A stretch of DNA of 64,000 bases from Botryllus schlosseri (lineage: Eukaryota), in the NCBI GenBank assembly GCA_051294905.1, contig CM119378.1, positions 2,792,001 through 2,856,000 on the forward strand. Direction: 5' to 3'. The notes under the pieces are model-generated. The model searched no databases. It was not told the DNA's origin and saw only the letters and a program-made list of their open reading frames with translations. How positions within the stretch are numbered: the stretch's first letter is position 1; each line of letters begins with the position of its first letter. The position numbers and the translations under genes were made by a program. Positions 13,701-24,113 of this stretch are shown here, piece by piece.

Positions 13701-16700
13701 TTTGCACGTCATGTGCTGGCGACAACGAAACGAAAGCACGGACAAAGCTTAGATGAATATTTACAAGACCTTCGCAGATTAAGCAAGGATTATAACTTTC
13801 TTGCGGTCTCCAAAACTGAACACCGAGACGGATTTATTCGAGACTCCTTCATCAACGGCATACTTTCGCATGCCATACGGCAGCGGTTGTTGGAGGAAAC
13901 CGAATTGACGATTGACAGTGCCTTTAGGAAGGCCCGAACCTTGGACATTGCACAAAGAAATTCGTCCTCGTACATGTCTTCTGGCGGTGCCGAGATTCCA
14001 ATAGCAACCGTTCAATCCGAAGCAGCATCCGACAAAGAAAGTGTAAACGCTGCAGCAGCTGTGCATCGTGGCGAGTGGAAATGTTATTTTTGTGGTGACA
14101 AAATTCAACATGCCCGTAAAAATTGTCCAGCCCGCTCATCCACCTGTTACAAATGTGGGATGACGGGGCACTACTCGAAAGTTTGCAAAAGTGTAGCGGA
14201 TGCATCCACTCGAAAAACAGTATCCACGAAACATAGTTCGTCCTCGTCCTGCGCTATACAAGAAGCACCTAGATGTTTGCGTTACGCAATCATAGATACA
14301 TTCCTAAAAGACGAGCGAATGTCAACGTTGGTGGATCCTGGAAGTGGCTGAAGCTACATCAATCCAAGGACAGCTGAAGCGATGAAACTGCGGGTGTTGC
14401 CCTATACAGATTGCGTAACGATGGCGGCAAAGTCTCTGAAAGAATCCATCTCTGGTCAATGCATCGTAGAGTTGGTGTTAAACGGGAAGGTTTGCAAAAA
14501 TGTCACGCTAGGCGTCATGAAAGATCTCTGTTGCGATATAAGACTTGGTCAAGACTTTCAGAAACGGCACAAACGCGTGGTGATCACGTATAATGGCAAA
14601 GACCCGGAACTCGTTATATCATCTCAGGACCGTAGAACCTGTGCTGTTCTAGCATCTAACACGAAATGTCCACAACTCTTCAAGTCCGTTACGTCAGATT
14701 TCAAGCCAGTGTGCGTGCCATCAAGGCGTTGTAGCGCTGCAGATACAGCCTTCATCGAATGTGAAGTTGACAAGCTGTCCAAAGACGGAATTATAAGACC
14801 AAGTAGTTCACCATGGCGCGCTCAGCCATTGGTTGTAACCAATCAAGAATCCGGTAAAAAGCGAATGTGCATAGATTATTCGCAAACTGTGAACCGCTTT
14901 ACGGTACTCGATGCCTATCCGTTACCTCGCATAGAGGACATCGTACAAAAACTGGCAAAATACAAAGCATTTTCAACTTTTGATTTGAAGAGCGCGTATC
15001 ACCAATTGGAGCTACGAGAGTCCGATAAAGCGCCTACCGCTTTTGAAGCCGTCGGTCGATTGTGGGAGTTCAATCGGTTGCCGTTCGGGGTCACGAACGG
15101 TGTACCCGCATTTCAACGAACTATGGACGCGATTGTCGATTCAGATAAACTGACAGATACGTTTTCATACCTTGATAATGTCACTGTCGGAGGCCAGTCA
15201 CAGTCGGAACACGATAAAAATGTTGAGCGCTTGCTGAATGCGTTGAGTGCAAGAAACATGACCCTCAACCACAATAAGACCATTTCATCGGTTGCAGAGG
15301 TGGATATATTAGGATACCGCGTTGGTCGTGGTGTCATAAAACCTGATCCGGAGCGATTCAAACCATTGCGTGAATTGCCTCCACCGACAAACAAGAAAGC
15401 TCTGAAGAGGGCATTGGGATTATTTGCCTATTACGCAAAGTGGATACCAGCGTTCTCAGACAAAATTGCAAGTTAGATCAACTGTGTCGATTATCCAATC
15501 AACGCGAAGTGCTTGAATGATTTCAATGCATTGAAAAAGGGCGTGGAGGACGCCGCTTTACAAGCGATCGACGACGACGAGACCTTTGTGGTGGAGTGTG
15601 ATGCCTCCGATGTAGCAGTGTCGGCGACGTTGAATCAGGGTGGCCGACCTATTGCTTTCATGTCCCGCACGCTCAACAATAGCGAAAAGCACTACCCTGC
15701 CGTCGAGAAAGAGGCGACCGCTATTATCGAAGCAGTGAGGAAATGGCAGCACTTTTTGGCAGGACGAAGATTTACATTGATCACGGATCAGGAAGCTGTT
15801 TCGTTCATGTTCGATATGCGAAAGCGGTCGAAAATCAAGAACAATAAGATTCAGTGTTGGCGCCTAGAGTTGGTAGTAAATAGTGCGCCCGACGCCCTGA
15901 CCCGAGCCCACTGTTCGTCCATTTCCACGTGTAATCTCGAAGAACTGCATCGAGAGCTATGTCATCCGGGAGTCACCCGGCTTCTTCATGTCGTTCGTTC
16001 GCAGAACTTGCCCTACTCAACGTCCGATGTTAAAAGAGTATGCTCGACCTGTCAAGTGTATGCCGAAATCAAGCCTCGGTTTTATCGCCGAGAACAGGGA
16101 GTCTTGATCAAGTCTACAAAAACCGTTCGAGCGTTTAAACATGGATTTCAAAGGTCCCCTGCCATCAAACTCTAGTAACAGATATATACTAGTAGTGGAT
16201 GACGAGTTTTCACGCTTTCCATTTTGCTTCGCTTGTCCAAATATGTGGTCATCCACTGTTATCAAATGTCTAGATGAGCTATTTGCTCTTTGTGGTACGC
16301 CTAATTACATTCATTGAGATCGTGGTAGTTCGTTCATGTCTCGCGAAATCAAAGATTACCTACTCTGTAAGGGCGTTGCAAGTAGGGTTGGGACTTCGGG
16401 ATCAAATTTGAAATCCCGGGATCGGGATTTTCCCGGGATTTGCGCTTCTCAATCCCGGGATTTCCCGGGATTAGCAAAGTAGTAAAATACCCATACAAGC
16501 TACACACACAACATTTATTCCTTGTAGTATTGACGAAAAAACATGCCCCCGTGAATACGAATGAAACTCAGCGACCGAAGGCCACCCGGATAATGAGCGT
16601 TTAAATTCATGTACCGCCTGTTTCGTGTAGAAGTTGATTCGTCAAACGTGATCGAAAACGTCCAATGCTGCGTTTCATTGCCATAAGCTCTTCTTCCGCA

Positions 16701-19700
16701 CACTTACGGATTTATTTGCTGTGCTCGATCACCAAGTCATGAACCCGTTTGCGACATCTTGACAAGTCATAGCCATAAGCCTTGAAGGCCCGACGAATTC
16801 ACTCACTTTGGGTAATTGAATAAATGTTAACCCGTCCACAGCAGTTAACTGGTTAAGAAGTTCATTGAGGCGAGGCTTATGCTATTTATTTTATAGGAAT
16901 CGAAGTCTTTATTTTTAGCTGATCTTTCTTTGACGTGTCCCTTTATTAGTCCCTTTGTGCTAGACACTGAAGCTTTCAAAACGTCTTGACACAAGTTGCA
17001 TTTGGCTTTTTATGTAGATTTATAAAACAAACAGTTTCGCTAAACATGTGATTTTCTCTTTGCATTGACATCTTCGAAATTCGCCTTTAGTTGACCTGTA
17101 TTTCACATCCACAGCACCGTCCTTGTGACTTTCCGATACTCAGTTACACTGCTACGATTCGTAGACTATGACGGAAGTAATTGAGTAGTACATTGTTATG
17201 CCATAGCTGGCTTTAATATCAAATAATTGTGAATTGTTTTAGACAATCAGCAGAGTTTGCGACATTGCTTTACTACCAAAATAAGAGATATGGCGCTACA
17301 TAAGCATTGGTAGATGCTGTTCACAAATCCCGGGTTTTCATCGGGACCAATCCCGGGATCGGGATTGCTTCAAATCCCGGGATCCCGGGATCGGGATTTC
17401 CCGGGGTCCCAACGCTAGTTGCAAGCAGCCATTCTACCACTTATCATCCGACCGGGAATGCTCAAGTCGAACGCTATAATGGGATTTTGTGGAAAGCGAT
17501 CCGATTTTACCTTCGATCACACGAGTTACCCGTCGAATCCTGGGAGCTAGCTTTACCTCATGTATTGCGAGCGACTCGCTCCTTGCTTTGTACTAGTACA
17601 AATTCTACTCCGCATGAACTGTTTTTTGGTTTCAATCGCAGGCTACCCAGCGGAAAGACCCTGCCGACTTGGTTATCCCAACCTGGTCCTGTGTTCCTGA
17701 AACGTCACGCCCGTTCAAATAAAAACGACGATTTGGTGGAGGAAGTGGAACTGTTGAACGCCAACCCGTTGTATGCGAACGTTCGCCACGTCGATGGAAG
17801 AGAAAGAAACGTTGCAATAACCGATATTGCCCCGCGTCCTCGTCCGCAATTTTGGAGGAAAATCCAGTTATTCCGGAGCTCCCCGATGCCATCGAGGGTT
17901 GCAAGCTCGTTACCCAGAAGGATGAAGAACCGTCAAACGAAGAGGACAATTCTTCTTCCCGTTCAAACGAAATGCAAGTTGTACGTCGTCGCTCCTCTAG
18001 AATAACACGAGGCGTCCCACCGAATTGATACGGACAACAAGTGCCTCATTAAAATAAGGAGGGGTGAATGTTGTATGTTTGATGTCAAATTGGTACCGAC
18101 TTCAGTTTTGTTGTGATTACTTTTCTGTGTTAAAGATCTTTCGTCGTAATGTACTGGCGTGGACTGTAATGATTGCAGACTGTCTACCTGTTTCGCGTAC
18201 TGAGAACCGTTTTTCATTTATGTTGCTGTTGTCTTAACTGTTGGTATTGCGAGTATCGTAGTCAAGGTATTAGTTCATTTAAGCCGTAGTAATAAATTGC
18301 TTACGAATATTGTTTCGTGCTCACAACAATTACCTGAATAATTTCGCTCTAACTATCTAGTTGTCCAAGACTACTGTAGGGTGGATGTTCTTGTTGGAGC
18401 CACTCCCGTTTCGATGGCATTACATGAATTTGACAAAATATTATCAAGTATGAACTTGGTAACGTATTTTCCTACTAACCTGTGCTCCCGATTAAAAACA
18501 TGCCGTTTGCCAATATATTGTCCTTCTCAAACAGCAGGTAACCAACCTCCACCAATATTGGTTATGCATCTGAACGAATCGAGTGGATATATCAAGAGCT
18601 CGGAATTGATGGTGAATAGGACTTATGATATCTTCATAATCGGGTATCCGAATGAAAAGGACTTGCTTATTATGGATTTTTCGAAGCTCGGGAAAAACAA
18701 ACTCAAAATATTCGGTACGTTGTTTGGAATATATTTTGGCCCTTTTCTGAAATATCTACAATATAAAAGGTGACTCGGACAACATTGTTTCGTACCACGT
18801 CGTTAAGAGTAGGCCACGACCGATTATTCGGCCATAAGAGGTAAAAAATATCGTCAATTTTCATGGCGTCACAGTATGGTAGTAAGGATTCAGAGAACTA
18901 TAATCTTGGAATAAGCAATATTGATTAATTTCTTATTGCCTACAGGTGTCCAGATTCAGTCATTCAGGTAACATTCCATGCCAAATCATAGCAGTGGCGG
19001 GAAATCAGGTCAAATTAATGCTTCGAATTTTTGGAAATATTCCCTAAGCTAGGCCATATCTTTTAAATATTGGCTGAATAATAGGGATGGTGTGAACGTG
19101 ATGTCCATGTTCGCGTTCTGTGTGTGAACCTCGGAAATTTAGAGGTTCACGTTCACAAACGAACCTTGGTAGGTTCTGCACTGTGAAAACCTTTTTCATT
19201 TATTACAATTTTTGCCTGATTATAACATGTTTGGTTGAAATTTATTGAATTTCAACTGCGGGCCATTATATGCATGGCGCTGGAAGCATAACAAAATCAA
19301 CACTAAACGAGCATGCACCTTGACAACCTCAAAAATTTCACTTGCTTTGTTACAAAAGTTCTCCTGAAATATCCAGCTTTCCGTTTGTGACTATTTAGTG
19401 ACTCTCTGCTCTGAGCTTGACCCGCAATCACACAACATCAAGAGTGACATACACTACATGTAGGTTAGCTAGTCAGCGAATGATGCTTATTCAACCAATC
19501 AATGAAATTGATATCGTTGTCTGATGTGAAAAATCTGGCAGGCATACGTGGTCAATCTTGATTTCATATGTTTATTGTATCATAAAACCCAAATCCATGT
19601 GATTATACAAGTTCAAAAACCCGATTTACACTCCGCTCAAAATTAACGTAACAATGCTCAGACGCCGAATGCATTGTCCGGTCTAGCCTAGACTGTTAAG

Positions 19701-22700
19701 GCGTAAGCTTATTACCGTATATTCCCTTGCAAGTCGTCATCGAATTTGTTGGCAAAGCGACATAATATATCGATTTTATGGGATTAATATATCATTTGAT
19801 TGTCCCAGTTGATACAATGGTGACGTTTAAAACGTCAATATGTACCTCATATGTGGCCCAAGTCGTCAGTAGGGCTAGGTATCGTGTACAACAGTACAGT
19901 TCATTAATATAGGATATCACTTCACTGAAATGTAGGGTTGGAATCAGCAATATGACGTCACGTGACGTCATGAGGTTCACGTTCACACGAACCTGAACCT
20001 TTTAGAGATTCGCACCATCCCTACAGAATGCATCGGGCTTATCTGTGAATGTGGTAGATATTGGTTTTATCGGTATCGGCTGAAAAATCCGATATATACC
20101 ATACTCTAGCTATGAACACTGAAATATAGCACATATTAATCATATTATAAAGTTTCATTGCGTAGAGCTCTTCAGTGTAATTAAATTGTAAATATTATCC
20201 AAATATTAATGCAATCAAATTGAATATTCCATTACAATATTAAATGTCTTGCTTACAGGCGAACGTGTTAATGCCAAGACCACATGCCTCGCTTATCACA
20301 TGAAGAGTGAAGCAACGCAATACTTGTGTCGGTCTGTATGGCTGAAACAATTCCAGTCATGTCCGTTGCAAACAACCAACACCCAAACCCTGCTGATGAC
20401 GCTGTCTGCGAGGGATTTGCGTAGCGCGACATTGATATCGTATAAAACGGTGAATTGCGCCACAGGTGAGGAATATATATTCAAATACTTAGCAGACAGT
20501 GGATGATATGCAAAATTGATGTCTGCTGCGGATGCCAAATGTAATATATCCCAGCATGTGTGTAACAGGAGAAGAGCAATTAAAAGAAAAAAGGAAGAAA
20601 GTCTGCCAGCCGAGCGTCATTACACCAGGTATGTTCAATTATTCAATTGTATATCTGTGTATCTAACCGGTATAGTACAAGAAGTGCTATCAAATCAATT
20701 CGCATCTGTGGTTCTTACAGTAAAATGTTTATTACCATATTCGTTTAGCTTCACTAATAATAATTATAATCGCAATCTATCAACAGTTATATGTTTTCGA
20801 GGATGTGTTCTTACGTAGTAATGACTTTATGCATAAGCAATTATTACTTTCATCTGATTAGCCTTCCGTCTTATCGTTACCGTGCCATTTTATTCTATTC
20901 TGTTCTGCTCCCGATTGTGTTCAATGCTGCTTATATCCACATTGTCAGCCCTCACCATTTACCGGACCACGACCTGACATATCGATCTCGCATTCCGTCA
21001 CTTGCCACTTTATATTATCTTCTTTTACTTTCATTCAGTGTGCACGTCTCCTCTTTACATCGCCTAGACCCAGGTGGGTGTCAGGTCTTGAGACTACTCC
21101 TAGTCGTTTCGGCATCTTCCTATCATTCATTGTATTGCAGTCTTGTGATGTTTTGAAGTGATGACATTTTATGAATAAACTTGAACTTGGTTACGTTTCC
21201 TTTAATAAAGCGATAGTCAGTCACGACAATGCAATTGTCAGTCCATGACAAATGTAGTGTAGGTGCGTATTACTTCAGTACGGTAGCATGGTGCTTATAA
21301 AATCAACGATTTAATGTTTGCACTGGTACATATCGGTATTCTCATTTACAGAAGCCAGCAGCAACGAATTGACGAGATTGGAGTTCATTTTACTCGTCGC
21401 GTTGGCGTTCACGAGTTGCACGGCTATCATATTTGCGTCGATATTACTCAGGTATATTGTGTACGATCTTTAAAGTGCATCTATACACGTTCCGCGATAT
21501 GCAGTAACGTTTGCGCAAGATCCGTAGATTGCCAGTAATCAAAACGCCAATTACCGTATTCAGTGAACTTCTGACACTGCTTCTTTGTACTTATATTATG
21601 GTCATTTCCTTCATTCATGGTGGTATGCGTTGATGGCAGTATTGGAATACTGGTGAAATTTCATTTCTTCTAAATTAGATTGGAATTAGAAATATCGCTG
21701 CTCAGTTTTCTCCTAATTGGATTACAATTACAATTACTGAATTCTGAAGAAAGAAATACAGCAGAATTCAACCTCAGTTGATATCAAATCAATTCCCATG
21801 AGCATGAGAATGCCACATGCCTCTACATCAATCTTGTCTCGTCTCTCACTATCCAGCAGCATTTTCAAGGAAACAGAAATCAGATTAGAATTGAAATTAG
21901 AGCATGGACACATTTCACATATTAGATTAGAACTATGATACCTTCACTTTTCTGTAACTAGTCTAATTAGGCAGCAATAAATGATTATATATTTGTCCAC
22001 ATCTGGCTGGTGGATGGTCTGAGATACTCAGACTATAGCATATGGTGACGCAGCAATATGGCATTATACCCGAAGTATACAGCCGTGCGTTTTGTGGCGT
22101 GCAAGTTTTTATGCCCGACAATGCCAACAACGGAAATAATATTCAAATTTGAAGCAATACAACAAGGAAAACTTTAACGCAGAGGTGGAAATTCGCTATC
22201 TTGTTGCACTGGTGACTTTTCAAACCTTGGATTATATCCAATCATTTGTATATTCGAATAAACGTGCAATGACGCTCATTGTATACTGACGAGACCATAG
22301 GCAAATTGTGTTATAATTGAAGTTATTTATAGAATCAACCTACACACGAGAACCACGCTCATTTCGCAATCCTTCGCATCATAATCTTGGTAGCAAAGAC
22401 TATTTTCCGTGTGAAGATCACCCATCATGTTTATGATTTTGAGCGAGACTCGGGACTATACCTAAGCTTGGTTATGCTATGGTTTTCCTCGTCAACGTTG
22501 TGAACGTAAACTATAAAAAAATTGACTTTTAAATTCGCCTTAAAACTTCAAATTAACATAATCAATTCCTCAATGAAATCTAGAATGATCTGAATACCAT
22601 CTAATGGGATAGTAAAGGCATAGAAAGAATATTTCTCCCCATCTGTTGTGCTCACTTCTCTGCGTTGTTTAGGTGAAACTAGCGTCTTTCATATTTGCCG

Positions 22701-22916
22701 TCACTCTGCTTGCTTATCGAATAACGATTACCATGTCATAAATTCCATTATCACCTTTCCAGCATACGATGCCGCAAAGGCAAAAGGAGGGAGGAGTATT
22801 CCGTAAAAAGGAGCGTAAGTTTCGAAGAAAAAGATTTGAGGCACCATGCAGACGGCCCTATACTCGTGGATAACATTATATACGCCCCGGTCGGCGGCGA
22901 AGCCACGAGACTGTGA
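7759..22916 (+). CDS. Gene A: type-I transmembrane receptor (signal peptide + divergent CUB-like domain + TM + ITIM-bearing tail), ~260-275 aa
   Basis: Exons 7759-7789 (gccATGg), 8251-8301, [8554-8598 uncertain], 18535(or 18538)-18714, 20259-20465, 20569-20628, 21352-21451, 22763-22916; all GT-AG and phase-compatible. Protein: MDVYAKVLFYGVLAVAIANVIGSDAPP..GNQPPPILVMHLNESSGYIKSSELMVNRTYDIFIIGYPNEKDLLIMDFSKLGKNKLKIFGERVNAKTTCLAYHMKSEATQYLCRSVWLKQFQSCPLQTTNTQTLLMTLSARDLRSATLISYKTVNCATGEEQLKEKRKKVCQPSVITPEASSNELTRLEFILLVALAFTSCTAIIFASILLSIRCRKGKRREEYSVKRSVSFEEKDLRHHADGPILVDNIIYAPVGGEATRL*. The CUB call is by eye. Confidence 0.8.
9760..12689. mobile_element. hAT (Buster-like) element nested in 8873-12966
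   Basis: Termini CAGGGGAGGGCAAC...ACTGGCCGCACCTG; flanks ATCTATAT / ATCTGTAT (7/8). Confidence 0.75.
9928..12039. mobile_element. Probable CMC/EnSpm-like non-autonomous element nested in 9760-12689
   Basis: TA|CACTGAAAAAAAT...ATTTTTTTGTGTG|TA, with long GTAAA/TTTAC-rich subterminal tracts at both ends. Confidence 0.5.
13144..13403 (+). repeat. 5' LTR
   Basis: Direct repeat of 18069-18328; contains AATAAA at 13366-13371. Confidence 0.97.
13405..13417 (+). promoter_or_regulatory. Primer-binding site complementary to the element's own LTR (putative self-priming PBS)
   Basis: TTAAATGAACTAA starts 1 nt after the LTR and is the exact reverse complement of TTAGTTCATTTAA at 13345-13357. No TGG tRNA-type PBS is present. 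Confidence 0.75.
13434..18005 (+). pseudogene. Disrupted gag-pol polyprotein
   Basis: Gag with CYFCG..H..C and CYKCGMTGHYSKVC knuckles; protease motif LVDPGS; RT (FDLKSAYHQ, LPFG, YLDN); RNase H (ECDASD, EKEA); integrase (H..H..C zinc finger, DFKGP, VERYNG). Lesions: in-frame stops at 14349, 15474 and ~16315, a deletion in RNase H (WRLEL/VVNSAPDAL), a frameshift in the A-run near 16120 and a MITE insertion. Confidence 0.93.
16383..17417. mobile_element. hAT MITE inserted in the gypsy integrase
   Basis: TIR TAG(G/C)GTTGGGAC; ATCCCGGGAT palindromic subterminal repeats; perfect TSD GTTGCAAG. Removing it restores KGVAS|SHSTTYHPTGNAQVERYNG. Confidence 0.95.
18069..18328 (+). repeat. 3' LTR
   Basis: Direct repeat of 13144-13403, preceded by the PPT and followed by TSD ATTAC. 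Confidence 0.97.
19082..20023. mobile_element. hAT MITE (TAGGGATGGTG family), inserted in an older MITE (~18805-20108)
   Basis: TIR TAGGGATGGTG(T/C)GAA with GTGAAC subterminal repeats. Other copies at 30970-~31420 (truncated) and 33565-34301. The host is homologous to 60213-60627. Confidence 0.85.
20950..21190 (+). mobile_element. 3' end of a CR1/L2-like LINE
   Basis: ATTACCGGACCACGACCTGAC..ATCGATCTCGC..TTTACATCGCCT..GACTACT is shared with 33070-33350 (-) and ~45890-46150 (-); ends AATAAA + CTTGAA. Confidence 0.7.
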
Positions 22917-24113
22917 TTGCACGTACACCCCACACGTTACAAACCGATTATAAGCTTCCAGTTACAACAGCTTCAAAGAGTACCTTGGAACGCGATATAG
23001 GAAAACTATACAGTGTTTCCTCGGCCAGCTGTAGACACATCGTATGTTGCCTGATACCTCAACGCTGATAAAAAAGATATATATGACAATTCCGACTTTG
23101 TTGAGATAACACTTGGGTGAGCAAAGGCACGGCCGAAAATATTGCAGTGCAGTACAGTAACAGAAAATAACGCAACTTTACCAACCTGTATCCTGACATG
23201 ATTTTGATTGACTTTACATGAAATTTATATCAATACAAGGGTTTCGACGACGAATGCTACGCCTCAAAAACATAGGCACTAGTATAGGACTTCATATAGT
23301 GCCCCAGTCCTATCCAAATATCCCTTCAAGTTGCGAGGGAAAGTATATGAGCACGCCATATGGCCTCTTAAATAACGAAGACATGCTTGAAATCCAACGC
23401 ACATCCTGTCATGAATGTAGGCATGTAAAATTCGAATAGCGGGGATTTTACAGAATAATGGATTTTATGATGGTAATGCATTTACGGTTGGCAGAAATCG
23501 TTATGATTAGTGTAATGGATGGCGATATCTATTACCAAAATATATCAAGTGAGTCTATAGATTCTTCTCGTAACTTTAGATATCATCGTGCTATTTTATA
23601 TGTTCGGTAAATATATTATTTTTTCCACGCAGCATTATATATATACTGTAGTATAGTGATATATTTAAAGAGCTTCTTAGAGGTAGAGAACTGCAACATG
23701 CAATTGAATCATAATATATTCCACATCAATATATTTCGAATGCTGTGCCACCACAGGTTTATTCGTTGTCACCAGAACAGCGTGCCGATTATACATCCAT
23801 CGTTGACGTCAAACAGTGTGAGATCAGTCGTATCACGAGTATGCTTTGGTATCAAATTTCGTTATGTGAGAATTCCACATGGGACACACATACTAGTCGA
23901 TTACATATATATCCATACCGCATTAGTTGGTTGCTCCCGAGAAAGTGCTGGAAGAATAAGGTATATAAGTATGGTCTATATTTGATATCCGGCCTTAGTG
24001 ATAGGCTATATAAGCATTTAATCTATTGCAGATGCATATGATTCTGCCCAAAATTAATGGCGCGAAATCGTTACGTGTCCTTTGCGTTGCTCCAATACAG
24101 GGACCGAACTCCG

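Larger units (their letters stand above)
13144..18328 (+). mobile_element. Full-length degenerate Ty3/gypsy LTR retrotransposon
   Basis: 260-bp LTRs at 13144-13403 and 18069-18328 (TGTTGT..ACAACA; 7 differences counted by eye); 5-bp TSD ATTAC; polypurine tract AAAATAAGGAGGGGTGAA at 18051-18068; domain order gag-PR-RT-RNaseH-IN. Confidence 0.97.

Noticed and set aside
14349..14351. TGA between the gag and pol ORFs as a programmed read-through site
   Set aside because: It falls inside the protease active-site region (DPGSG*SYI), and the element has other random stops.
18946..18967. AG..GT micro-exon within gene A
   Set aside because: Part of a MITE (homologous to ~60410-60440), and 22 nt would break the frame.
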